Assembly: GCA_964019335.1 (NCBI GenBank)
Contig: OZ025711.1
Coordinates: 310,001-374,000 of the forward strand
DNA: 64,000 nt
Direction: 5' to 3'
Origin: Diplonema japonicum
Lineage: Eukaryota; Protista; Euglenozoa: Diplonemea
Positions 12,901 through 24,500 of the stretch are shown here, in pieces. Within the stretch, counting starts at the first letter, position 1. Each line of letters starts with the position of its first letter. The translations under genes were made by a program, and so were the position numbers. The notes under the pieces are model-generated. The model was not told where the DNA came from. It saw nothing but the letters and a program-made list of their open reading frames with translations, and did not search any database.

Positions 12901-15900
12901 CGATCACAATGGGTGTCTCGAACTCCAGCTCTATCCACTCATAAGGCTGCTTAGCGGGGATGCTCTTCACGTTGTAGTTGATGCCGTCTCCTGTCAGCGT
13001 GACTGTGCTCGGCTTGGTATTGGCTTCTGCTGTGGTCATGTCTGCTGAGCAGAACCCGGGGCTGGGCGACACGTTCCATTTGCAGCCGCTCTTTGACGTA
13101 CAGGACCCCTGTGTCTCTAAGGGGATGCAGTCCACCCATGGTGAGTACTTCTTCTGTGGCACTTCATCCGGCACACCTGGAGGCGATTTCACGTACTGCC
13201 CTGGCGCCCATGCATCTGGAGAAGGAGCATGTACTCTCTTCCACCTTGGCACGGAAGGCTCGTGCAGTATATTGGAGCACCCGTACTTGGAATGGGAGGA
13301 TACACCCAAAACCTTTATCGCCCATTGCCGGGCACGCCTATCTATCACGTTCTGCCGCAGCTTGTATGTGCGTGGCGGCGAGAGTTGCGTGGCAAAGCCT
13401 TTGCCTTCACGGTTAGAGACAGACGTCCTGGCAACTGAAGCGAAGTGTGAAAGCGACGGCGACGATGATAGCCTGGCCGCCTCAGCCTGCGTGCACAGGT
13501 GGTACGTCTCCTCTGTTACTACTGTCCTGAAGTGCAGGTTCTCGGTGTCACAGTTCGGGCCTGATCTTCCTGATGCGCATGTATCTCCCTCTCCACCCCA
13601 TCCTTCGTCGGCCACGCATGCTCCTTCACCGTTGCATGTAGCGTGTGGCCCACAGCTGTCGCTTGGGTCATGTCCTTCGGGAGCAGGTGCACACTCCAAG
13701 GGTGCGGCCGCTGTCACCTTTCCGTTGGTGTCGGAAACGTACTCGCACCAAAAGCACTTGCCGCACTTGTTGCCTGGCGACGTGTGTGGCACCACCCAGC
13801 CGCAGATGCCCATTCTTTCACATGTCTGGCATGCCCCTTCGCACGCCGTGTTGCAGCATAATCCATCCCAGCAGTGCCCGCTGCCGCACTCGCCGTTATC
13901 TTTACACACAGTGCCGAGGCCTCTCTTTACCTGGCACTTCCCCTTCCACGACACACGAGGCTCACGTGGCTTGTTTTCAGGAGCACTGAAATCCTCGTCA
14001 GCGTTTTGCAAACCCAGGTCGTAGCTCACCCTGCCCGAACCACCCGCCACGATCTTTCTACCCCCTCGGGACACGTACACAGGTATAGGGGACGGTTTTG
14101 TACAAAAGTACCCCCCAGCGCAGTCGCTGTCGTCTGCACAGAACGACTTACACGCAGGGAGTGTCATGAAGGTTCCGGTGTTAGGATCCATCCTCGCACT
14201 GAGGGCGGTCAGTTTCATTTGCTCGATCTGCGACTCGGTGATGCCGTTCGCCACACCCACATATGGGTGGCACTCCGCAACGCTTCGCTGTATGAGTGTG
14301 CCTATAGGTGGTGGTGTGAGGGGCTCGGGGGGCATGAAAGGAGCATGAAGAAACCTCACAGTGTTGGGGTCTTCCTGGTAGCCGCCCGTATCGCCCAAAG
14401 GTACTACTAGCATCGGTAGCACTTTTACCAAAGGACTCAGCTTAAAGAGGCTAGGAAGCTTGGTGAAAGGATTGGTTTCGCGCTGTTCAATGAGATCTTC
14501 AGGTGACTGAGCCCGCCTCTTGAGAGAGTAAAATGGCTTGCACGTGCCCTTTGTGACGGTATCTGCACGAGGGTTTGATGACATCAAACGGCTGTTCACC
14601 TTCGATGCTGCAGGAATGGCGGTGCCCGTCTCAGCGTTGCAGGACGCTTCCTGCTCCGATGTGTGAAATTCCTCCTGCAAATCCTCTAGGTCGGGGAAGA
14701 CACACTCATAGAAAGGTTGGCAGGCGTTGTCTGTCATGCAGTACTTAGGACATGATGCGCCTTTTTGTATCGCTTTCCCTCGATGCCCGCCACACCAGTA
14801 CGGGGAGCAGAAGGTCGAGTCTTGCAGGTCACAGGTAGGGCCGTCGGGTAGCGTCTCACCACCCTCCTGTGTTACTGATACTGGTACTGCTGTCACACAT
14901 GTGCCCGTTAACCGGATACACCTGAAGTCCGGGTGGCAGTGGGCGTTCACCCAGCATGTCACCATGCACCTGGAGTTCGAGAACATGTACTGCTTGTTAG
15001 TTGTGCCGCACGCGTAGCCGTTGCATTCGTTGTGAGAGAAACAGTACTGCACAGCCTCGGGGTCGGGCTGCTCGGGGACGATACACTCGCCGTACTCTCG
15101 TAGGGGGACGAATTCATACGGCTCGTCAGTTAGACGTGTGAAGGGTGGCGTGGCTTGTAAGTTATAGCCTGGGATACCTTTCGGCAGGGTCACTTTCTTG
15201 TCCTCGCGTGCCCTTCCAACAATGCGCACCTTACCTGCGAAGGCCGACCCCGCGTCGGGGGGGGCAGAGTACGTTCCTTTGCTGCAGACAGCACCAAGCC
15301 TGCAGTCAGTGTCCACAAGGCATTTCGTGTTGCAACTCGCATCGCGCAGCCCGTTGCGCACCTTAGCAATGCCCTCAGGGTCGCACTCGACCTCGCAGCG
15401 ATAGTTCCCGCAACTTGCACCTCTATCTGCAAGGCAACCGCGCGATTCCGTGTCTGCACCGAACAAGCACAATCCGCAGACGCCACAGTAGTACCCTGCG
15501 GCACAGTTGTAGTGGCTGCTGCACTGCCCTTCTTGAACACAGTACTTAGTGCCCCCAATGGCTTCAAGAACTTGGTCGCGTGCCCTAGCAGAGTAGTCAC
15601 CTGAGAGAGCAAGGTTATAAGCGATAGCCTCTACATCTTGGTTCCCCCCACCACATGAGTATTCTTTGCACAAGTGAGGCGACGCATCACAAGGCGTGCT
15701 ACGGATGTCTGCTTCAGGGGGCGACCCGTCAGTGCCCGGCAGGCACGGCGGCACGGGCACTTCTGGAGGGCACTCACAAGAAGCATCATAGTCCTTCTCT
15801 GCAGGCTTGGGCTTTCCTTTGCAATCTACTGGACACGGCGCTGGCCACTGGATACATTGTGTCTTGTTGAATGTGGCATCTAAGCACACCCTTGGGATCT

Positions 15901-18900
15901 TATTGTCAAGCTTGGGGACAGGTGCACCTGTCCCGGGGAGACATCGTCTTGTAGGCAGCGTGCGGGGGCACTGCGGACAGGGATCGCACGTGTTGATGTA
16001 AGGGTCGCCTGCGGCGTAGTAAACATAAGGAGACCACTGCACAGCCTCTAGAGGGGTCCCCATGCAGTTCACCCACTCGACATCATCATGGCTGCATGGC
16101 ACACCGTCTAGCTTTTGCGTCCCTTCAGGTTTGCAGTTGCACGTCTGCCGTTCAGTGCCAGGGATGCATGTGGGCGTCGGTGGCGGTGGGCAACCACAAG
16201 GGTGAGCACCATGAAGCGTAAGAACAGGCGGCATCTGGCCTAAGCAGTTAATAGGCGGAAGGGGGTCCCATTTAGGGCAGTTCGGTGGGTTGTCACAGGC
16301 ACCCTTGGTACCAGGGAGGCATTTGAACTGTGGGAATGGACACCCACAGGGGTCAGTGTCAGTTACAAGCTTGGGTGGCGGCCACCCGTCGCAGTCGATG
16401 AGGGACATATCAGGATCAGAGCTGTTCCTGCGCCCGCCTACGTTGAGGATGTGATCCCAGTTGGGGCACCCGAAGTCAGCAAGGATCTCGTTGCAGTCCA
16501 GGCGTTTGCCTTGAGTCATGGTCAGCAACCATTCAGGCTTCGTTTCACTTGAGCATCGCGGGATGGGGGGGCTTGTGCAGTGGCAGAAGTCTTCTTCGAA
16601 TAACTGTTGCGGCTCGAACACCACAACGTAGCCGTGCTTGTAGGGCTTCTTGGGTTGCACGCCACCCGGGTATGCGGGGTCCGAGTGCACCCAACCGCTC
16701 CAACAGTTGATCGACGGTCTGTACCCAGGTGCAGGACATCTGCACACTTCCGTTCCTGTGGCAGCTGCTTGTGTTCGGACATCCTGCGCGTTGTTTTGGA
16801 ATCGAAGGTTCGCCACAGGGCTGTACGCATCCGGGCTTGGTGCGGCATCAGTGCCTGGGATGCAGGAGGGTCTCTGTGGGCTGTTGCAACCGCATTCATT
16901 CAACATCCAGCAGTCATGGTACAGGTTTGGATACCCTTTGCAGTCGTAAGGCGTGAACGATGGTGTGGGGCAGGAACTTGAGTTTCCCAATGCCGACTTC
17001 TGTGTAGGGCATTGCGAGTTCTTGCACTCGGGAGATGGTTTGTTAAAGGTGCACCCCCGTGAATCCGTTGCAGGCACCCGCCATGGGAGTGACTCACCAG
17101 GCGCACACTGGACCTGGCAAATGTTGATGGACATGACATCCGGCAGCGACACAGTGTCGCACCCGTGGTAGTTGGTGATGCGCACTTTGCATGACTGGTA
17201 AAGATCGTATCCCGGCTTGCACCTGTCGCAGACACCAAGCTCCCCGTTGGTCCAGTACCCCTGCGCGTTGCTGTTGTAACATGTGCAGCGTAGAGTAGCA
17301 GCGTTGCACACACCCTTGGCACACCCAGTCCCAGTCGCAGCGTCGCACTCTTTCAGCTTGCACGACCCTCCCGTGTACCCTGTCATGCAGGTCCTGCAGT
17401 TGGTGGCGTTCGAAAAGTACCCGTGTGTGCTGTTCGCGTTGCATACACACGCCCCCCCTGAACACACACCATTGTTGTAGCACATCGCCTTCGAGACGGG
17501 GTCGATTGGGCATTTTTGTTGCTTGCATTCAGGGCCGTAATAGTCTTGATGGCAGTACTGACACCGCGACCCAGCAAACATTCCATGCAAAGGTCTCCCG
17601 TCGGACTTTAGTTCCGAGTAACAAACACACTCTCCAGTCGCGGAGCATGTGCCGCGCCCGTTGCAGTCGTTCATAGGATCGCACGCTGTCTTCACTATCT
17701 GCTCACCCGCCTCTTCGCACAGCTCCCTTGTGTTAGGACACTTAACAGTTCCCGTCAGTCTGGAACCGCCGCACACCGTGGTGCCGTTTGAGGGTCCCAC
17801 CTCCGTCGCGCTTCCATCGCACGTATAGGTCTGCCCCCCGATGAACAAGCTTACCTTCCATGTCTGCGGCTGGCCTGGAACAGGGGACCCTACTTTCACG
17901 CACTTGTGGGGTATACACGTGCCGATCGTTGTCGGTGCCTGACCATACTCTGCGTACCTAAGGTTGGACTCAAAGCAGCGGCTATTTTCCCCGCGCACTT
18001 GGAAAGTGGCACATTTCTCATTTTGGCAGTCTGGCGCATCCGGTTTGGCCACCAGACAAGAGGCGCCAACTATACCTTCACCAGAGCGATAAGGGCAGAA
18101 GTCCATGAGGGCTGACATTCCTCCCCAGTTGATGTGCAGCACGTCACGCCGAAACTTGTCCGGGATGGTGAGCGAAGGCCACTCGAAACCAGCACAGACC
18201 CCCACCGAAGTGAAGTCAGGGCTGCACAAAGGGCGCGTCTCTGCTCTGGTGCATGTATACCGCGAGGGCCAGCGTGTGCAGTCGATACTAGCTGTGTTGC
18301 AGGGTTGCTCGGCCAACCACTTCAACGGCTGTGCCGTCTTTTTGTTCACGGCGTACCACCCCATGTCCTCAAAGGCAGCAAGCGTGAGCCCAGACACTAC
18401 GGGTATCTCTGTACCATAGTCACTAGCGATGTCCGGAAGCATTGTAAGGATCTCGCCCTTGTACAACCTGCTCTCCCAGTAGGGAAGGATAGTCATCGAG
18501 GTCTTGAGGGCGTCTTCGAGCTCTGCCCCGTCGATGGTGCCAGACCCACCTTTGGGGTGGCCGGTGCAGCGGAAGTGTGTTGTCATGATCCACTTCTTAA
18601 CGTTCGGTGTGCCGAGCATGTCGACTGTCGAATTGTTAGGGGCGGGAATGGTGAAGCTGGGGCTTTGGCCTTGCTTCCAGGAGTCGAACATGCTAGGGTC
18701 GAACCCCATGGCGTGGAGCATGGATTGCAAAACACGCGCGTAGAACTTCTGCTGCCCTAAAGGGACGGTGGACATGGCGGCTAGTTTGTTAGGTGCAATG
18801 TTCAGGACGATGGCAGACGGACGACCATCAGACGCAAACATGCATGGGAAGGCAGTGCTGGCAGTGATGTCAGGCTCCGCAGAGATGAACAGAAGCACAT

Positions 18901-19528
18901 CGTGGTTGGGAAACGTGTACGGGAAAGGGAGCGGGAAGACGAAGTGGCTGTTCCGGCATTTAACGCATTTGAAACCTTTACACGCAGCAAGCGAGGCATC
19001 GTCATTCCCGGTCAAAGGGGCAGAACCCCCAGAGCCCTTGAACCGTGGGGCGAAGGTGGTGGATAGCTGCGAAAGGAGACGAGGTACGAGGTACTTCCTG
19101 ATGTATGCTTTGTGCGAAATTGTGAGGATGTTGGCTGCGGTGCACTTAACCTCATGTTGAAGGGATGTCTGGTCTCTGTTGAAGATGGTGATGGTAGGGA
19201 CAGGCTGTGTGGCATAGTACAGCAAAGGGTCTTTGTTGTTGCTCACCTTTCTTCTTTTATTCGCGGGTGTTTGTGGTTGGCAAGTGTGCGTATCGTCGTC
19301 TAGCCAGCTGTCGCTCACCAACAACCGAATGCCGTCAAAATGACCTTCTTGCAACAATTGCTGTGTCCCGGCCTCCCTCTCTGTGTTCCTCACCGCCTTC
19401 CCGATCTCTTCCTTAACATTCATCAACTCCATCAGCCGCGCGTTGGTTGCGTGTTCATGATAGTGGTCTAGACGTTTATGCGGCAGCACTCCAACCACCA
19501 GCGGTATGAAAACACACCATATAAGCAT
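9968..19528 (-). CDS. Giant (~3150 aa) GP63/leishmanolysin (M8)-like protein with a degenerate active site, followed by EGF/laminin-EGF and other Cys-rich repeats, sushi-like and discoidin-like segments; 4 exons
   Basis: Signal peptide; M8 signatures DGRP..IVLN, GAELED, LTLAAFEDMGWY, LMDFCP, NSRCF. Modelled exons 19528-11411, 11378-10285, 10225-10060 and 9997-9968 join in frame through GT-AG introns and end TCTWPDVNA*. Confidence 0.85.
11379..11410 (-). other. 32-nt spliceosomal intron joining ORFs 11390..19528 and 10275..11408
   Basis: AAG|GTATGT...CGCAG|GTATGT; removal gives in-frame LLK-VCSKNPLF. Confidence 0.75.
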
Positions 19529-19678
19529 GGTGACCTGTAGACATTACCATCCACCGTTGCCAAGAGGGGGGAGAATTGAAGGGGAGGGGGGGAAACTATA
19601 CTGATTCTTATGCCCACTTTTTTTTTTTTTTTTTTTCTTTTTTTTGTTTCCTTCCTTCTTTTCTTTTTCTCTCCGTCA

Positions 19679-21477
19679 CTACAGTACGTAAATTTCATCC
19701 TCGTCGTTTTCATCATCGGCGTCGGGGGTGACCCCGTTCTCCTCCAGAAGGTCGCGGAGGAACTGTTTCATTGCTGCACCCGATATCTAAAAAGAGAAAA
19801 TACAAAAGAGAGAAAAGAAAAATGTCATGAACACATACTTGCTCGTCTTCGAACCGGCGGAGGTAGTCTCTGGAGCTTTTGGTGGGGTTTGCTGTGACCC
19901 ATTTTTCGTAAGCCTGAGCAACCTTCTCTCTGCGATCGAGCATCGCGTGGTCGATGTGGATCACACGAGAAAGAAGGGTGGGCTGTTAATTTTAATTTTT
20001 ATGTATTTTCGTGTTTTCATACCCTGTGGCTGATGGACGGGTGTTCGGCACTTTTCTCACTTTCACTCACGTAAGGGAACGAATCGGAGGAGAGAGCAAG
20101 GAAGGCGTGGTGGAACGCGGATTTTATCGTAGTTAGCTGTCTGGAAGACGAGGCCACGTTGTTGGCCCTGTTCTGGGGGTCCTGCAGAAGGAAGGTCGCC
20201 CTGTCGTTCATCTCCTGTCTGTTCTTCCTGAAGTAGATGCCCCGCTCCACACAAATCCCGATCCCTTGGAAATCGAACATTGTCCCGTAAAACCGGAAAA
20301 AGTCCATCAACAACCCCCCCGTTCCTGCTTGCGCTGGATGGCATCCTTCATGGAAGACTGGATGTTGTTGGACGAACTGGATAACCATCAACGACACAGC
20401 ATAAGACCCAAGCCCGCCGGTGAACGGCTCGTGCATCGATCTCTGCTGGAGGAAGTATTTTATAAGCAAAACAAGAGGGGAGACGATGGGGAGGCGCTTG
20501 CAGTACCGGACGACAAGCTCGGAGTTGACCCGCCCGTTGGGGGAGTTGAACGAGATGTCAACGTCGATCCATGTCTCCTTGTGCATGAACTTCACGATGG
20601 GGACCTTTGTTTGCTTGATGACCTGGGGGTAGGCGTCTTCGCAAAGACCCTTTGCTGCGACGTAGTTCGCAAGCTTGTCCATCGCCTGATGCAGCTTTTC
20701 ATCGTCATTGTCAATGGACTTGTACATTATTGTCATGTCGACGTCGGAGGTTGGCAGGAGAAGCCCTGTGACGACGGACCCGAATGAGAGGAGCTGCGAA
20801 CCGGGGAATAGTTCCGAGGCGATTTCGCTGATTTCAAGAACGACTTTTTTGCGCATCACCTCTTCCTCGTAGGTGGGCTGCAAATATTTCACAAGATCAA
20901 CGCACTCGTCATGCAGCCTGATGTACCTGTTGGGGTGGACATACTCCCTCGTGCACCACATCGGCATTCGCTTTTTAGGGACAGATGGTGCATCGTCATC
21001 GTTGAAGGAGACCATTCCGTTGTCGAAAGAGCCAAACGGCGACCCGAACGAATTTTGTTGTACCGGGGTGCTTGGGACGGGTGATGTGGGCGGAGGAGGT
21101 GTTGCGGAGTCGGTTCTCGTCAAGAAATCCCCGTTTTCCGGTTGTTGCTGTTTCGCAGCGATCGATTCCCGCCTCTGTTTCAGCTTATTTTTAATGTCGT
21201 CGCCTATGAGCGGGACCTCCCTCGCTGGCTGGATGTCGGCTTCAACGAAGCACCCGCTTTGCCTTTCTGCGAACCTCTCCAGCATGTTCGTGTTTTGCAG
21301 CGTCTTCCTTCTCTTCACCTCCTTGTCAACACTCTCGTCCCCGCTGCTGTGCTCCACCGCATTCGCATTCTTCCCGTCCACGTCGTCCGCTGTTTCTTCT
21401 ACATAACCCCTTATTTTCTTCACCTTCTTTACAACAATCTTCCTTTTTATCACCTTCTTTTTCACTGGTTCACTCAT
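19679..21477 (-). CDS. TRF4: TRF4/PAPD5-type non-canonical poly(A) polymerase (terminal nucleotidyltransferase); 3 exons
   Basis: FGSVVTGLLLPTSDVD, KVPIVKF, DVDISF, FTGGLGSY, LLMDFFRFYG and LQDPQNRANNV motifs. Introns 19983-20022 and 19787-19838 restore PTLLSRVI and an acidic C-terminus ending at TAG 19679. Confidence 0.9.
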
Positions 21478-21563
21478 TTTTTTTTTCCCTCCTTGAATTT
21501 GTGTGGGACAGAAGAATAAACATTTGTTAGTCAGAAAAATGGAAGAATAGGGAGAGGGGGGGA

Positions 21564-24500
21564 TCATCGCTTGTTTTTCTGAACCCCCGGAAGGAGGGCT
21601 CCCATGAGCAGCTTGTTCAAATCCACTTTCTCTTCTTTCTCTTCTTTCTTCTCCTTCTTCTCCTTTTTGTCTTCTTTCACATCCTTCTCCAGTGATTTGA
21701 TGACAGCGGCCTGCTTGTTTCCGCCCAAACACAGCACCTTCAACAAAATGCTCCCAACACACTTCGTGGCCTTGGACGGTGTGCTGACGCTGCCGCAGCA
21801 GACTGACTGCGTCTGGGCCTTGATCCTCTGTGCAGGGGCATGCTGACTCTCACCATCATCACCGATGTGCTCCAGCCACCGGAGCTGGTGTTCCAAATTG
21901 TGTTCTTGAATATCAACACCTTCCAACGGCTGGGCAAAGTACCGTACGACTAGCTTCACGAAATCATGTACTAACTTATGAATTGCAACAAGTTCTTTGT
22001 CGAGCTGGTCTGGTTCCGTGTCCCATCCTCTAGGGGCTGCCTGCATGCTCTGAAACCAAAGCCGAAACGCCTCCATCTTGACCTGTTCTATCATCCGAGT
22101 GGCGCGAGGGACAAGGCCCCTCTCATGCAGTACAGCATCTGTATGGGTTCAAGTACTGTGATGTAAACATACTCAGCCTCATAGCCTTGTTCTTCATCTC
22201 GTCCACAAAGTGGATAGACGTAGGCCCTTCGATCATCTGCTGCATGGTTCTGTAGTGGATCGACAAGAGGTGGATAGCCTCTGCGGCGCGTGGTGGCTTC
22301 TCTAGTAGGTTCTCGTCGTAGCAAGCCATGGTGTCGTTTTCCAATGAGGCGAGGACCGTCAGAGTGCCGCCTATGACGGTCATGCGTTGCATGTATGTGT
22401 GCTTCCGGATCCTCTGCACCTTGGTCAGCTCCTTCTTTGAAACATGCTCAGTTTGAATCACGGGGACTCTGGCAATGTGCCATGTGAACCATGGTCCTGG
22501 TAGCGATCCCGTCTTGACCGGTGTAGGGTCTGCGAGCAGCAAAACGTGTCCTGGTCCTGCGTCTCTCGCCCCTGCAGAGAATCCCATTTCCGTCAAAACA
22601 TTTGACAAGTACTCCAATGCAGTTTCCGTGAGCAGCACCTCCCCAAGCTTTGCTGCCTCGCACAGTTTGGAGGCCCGCCGCATGATTTTCTCTGGAAATT
22701 TCATGAGTTTTTCTGCGCCCACCGGGCCCTCAGGTATCCCACCATAAGTGATGCCCATCTTCATCATGAGGTGCGGGTGGTCCTTCGTGTAGTTGCATAT
22801 GTCGCAGCACCACTCGAGCATTTTTCTCTCACGTTCGAAAGCAAGAACAAGACACGAACCTTCAAAAATCATCACGGTGCCCTGCATGTTCTTAGTAAGG
22901 ACCTGAAAGCACTCCGGAGCATCCTCCACAGGAGTCTGGACCACTACCACGCAGCTCGGTCCGCGAAGCTGTGGGTAGGGTCTTGACTCAAAGATCGAGA
23001 ACCTGCCAGCGTTATTCAAGGCGGGTTTAAGCATGCCCACACGGTCTTTCAGCATTTCTGGCTGGAGGGAATGTCCGCTCTCGACCTCGACGGCATGCAG
23101 CGAGGCTTCTTGTGCCTCTGTCCATAGTCTTTCCTTGCACAAGATCTCCCCACCTCGGGCTGATGCGAGGAGATCAGCAGTATCATCGACCTCGTACCCA
23201 AAGATGTACTTCTTCCCCGTCTCTGGGTATGTTTCCATCATCGGCGTTCCGCGTTTGATGGCCATACGCACACGTGGGCCTCTCCACAAGGCAATGTTGT
23301 TGACAACGGTTAGCTCATCTCCTAGCTCGTGCGGCCACTGGATGGAGATGATAGTCACCTGCACCTGCAGTGCAAAACTGACAGCATCAGCAGCGTTGGC
23401 AAAGACCGCAACAAAAGCATCATTTAAGCCACGTGCTACGATCCCTTGGTTAGCGATGGTGATAGCATTTACTGCTTTGGTGAAAATCTTCGTGGCAACA
23501 CGGATTTTTTGCTCCTTGTCCCGCCACATTGTGTAACAGTCGATGAAGTCGAAACAAACCACAGTCTGCTCTGCCTGCGAGAAAGACATGGATGACCTAC
23601 CGCTCTGCTCCAAGTGGTTGATGGCTTCTTGCTGAGACTGTGTCATTTGCGACTTGAAGAAGTGTCTTGCCACGCCGAAGGTCCTTGCAAGGTTCGTCGT
23701 CGTGGCGTTGCACTTCAAGGAGCTGGGGAGGACGGAGGCCACGTGGGTGCCCTCGAACTGGCGCTCAGTTATGGTGACACCGCCGGGTATCATCATCTGT
23801 AAAGATGTCTCGCCAATGCTTTTGATGGTGTCTTGCTCGCACAGCACATCGCCACCGTTTACGTACTGTAAAATACGCGCAGCGTTGTTGATGACGTTTC
23901 CCTTGTAGGAAGTGCGGCCTGTTGCCTCGTTCACCTCTGTCAGAACGACGCCTGTTGCCATTGCTATTTTTAGCCGTAGACCCTTCCTCACGACCTTTCC
24001 ATCTCTGTCACGTAGCGTGCTGCACCCAAGTTGTTCTCCTAGCCCCTTGGGCCAGGTCATTGCTAGCAACCCCAACTGCACGTTGAGGCACCACCTGATG
24101 GCGTGCTTGGCTGTCTGGAAGGTGAACATCGACGCATCACCCTCGTTCATCACGTGGTACGCGTGGGCCTTCGCATTCTTCGCTAACACTCTCGTCTTTA
24201 TCGCGCTAGCCTCTGCCATTAGCTCCGGAACATTGTTCCACAAGTCCATCGCGTTCTCCACATCAACAAAGACAACGCTCACCTCGCCGACGGGGGCCTT
24301 TGTGTTGCTGCTCAGCTGTTCGAATCTCCCGTCGTCGATAGCCTTGATCTGCACCAGGTCTTGCACTCTGCCTTGCAAAGACAGTGGCAGGACTTGGAAC
24401 ACCTCGCAATCCTGCATACCAGTTGTCAACGCCACCTCGCCCATTGTTGTGATGCACAGATCCAGGTCCTCTTTGAAAGCATATATGTCGTGCATTGAAA

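Noticed and set aside
22091-22324. Overlapping small ORFs at the cyclase 3' end as separate genes
   Set aside because: Resolved by the 34-nt intron 22139-22172
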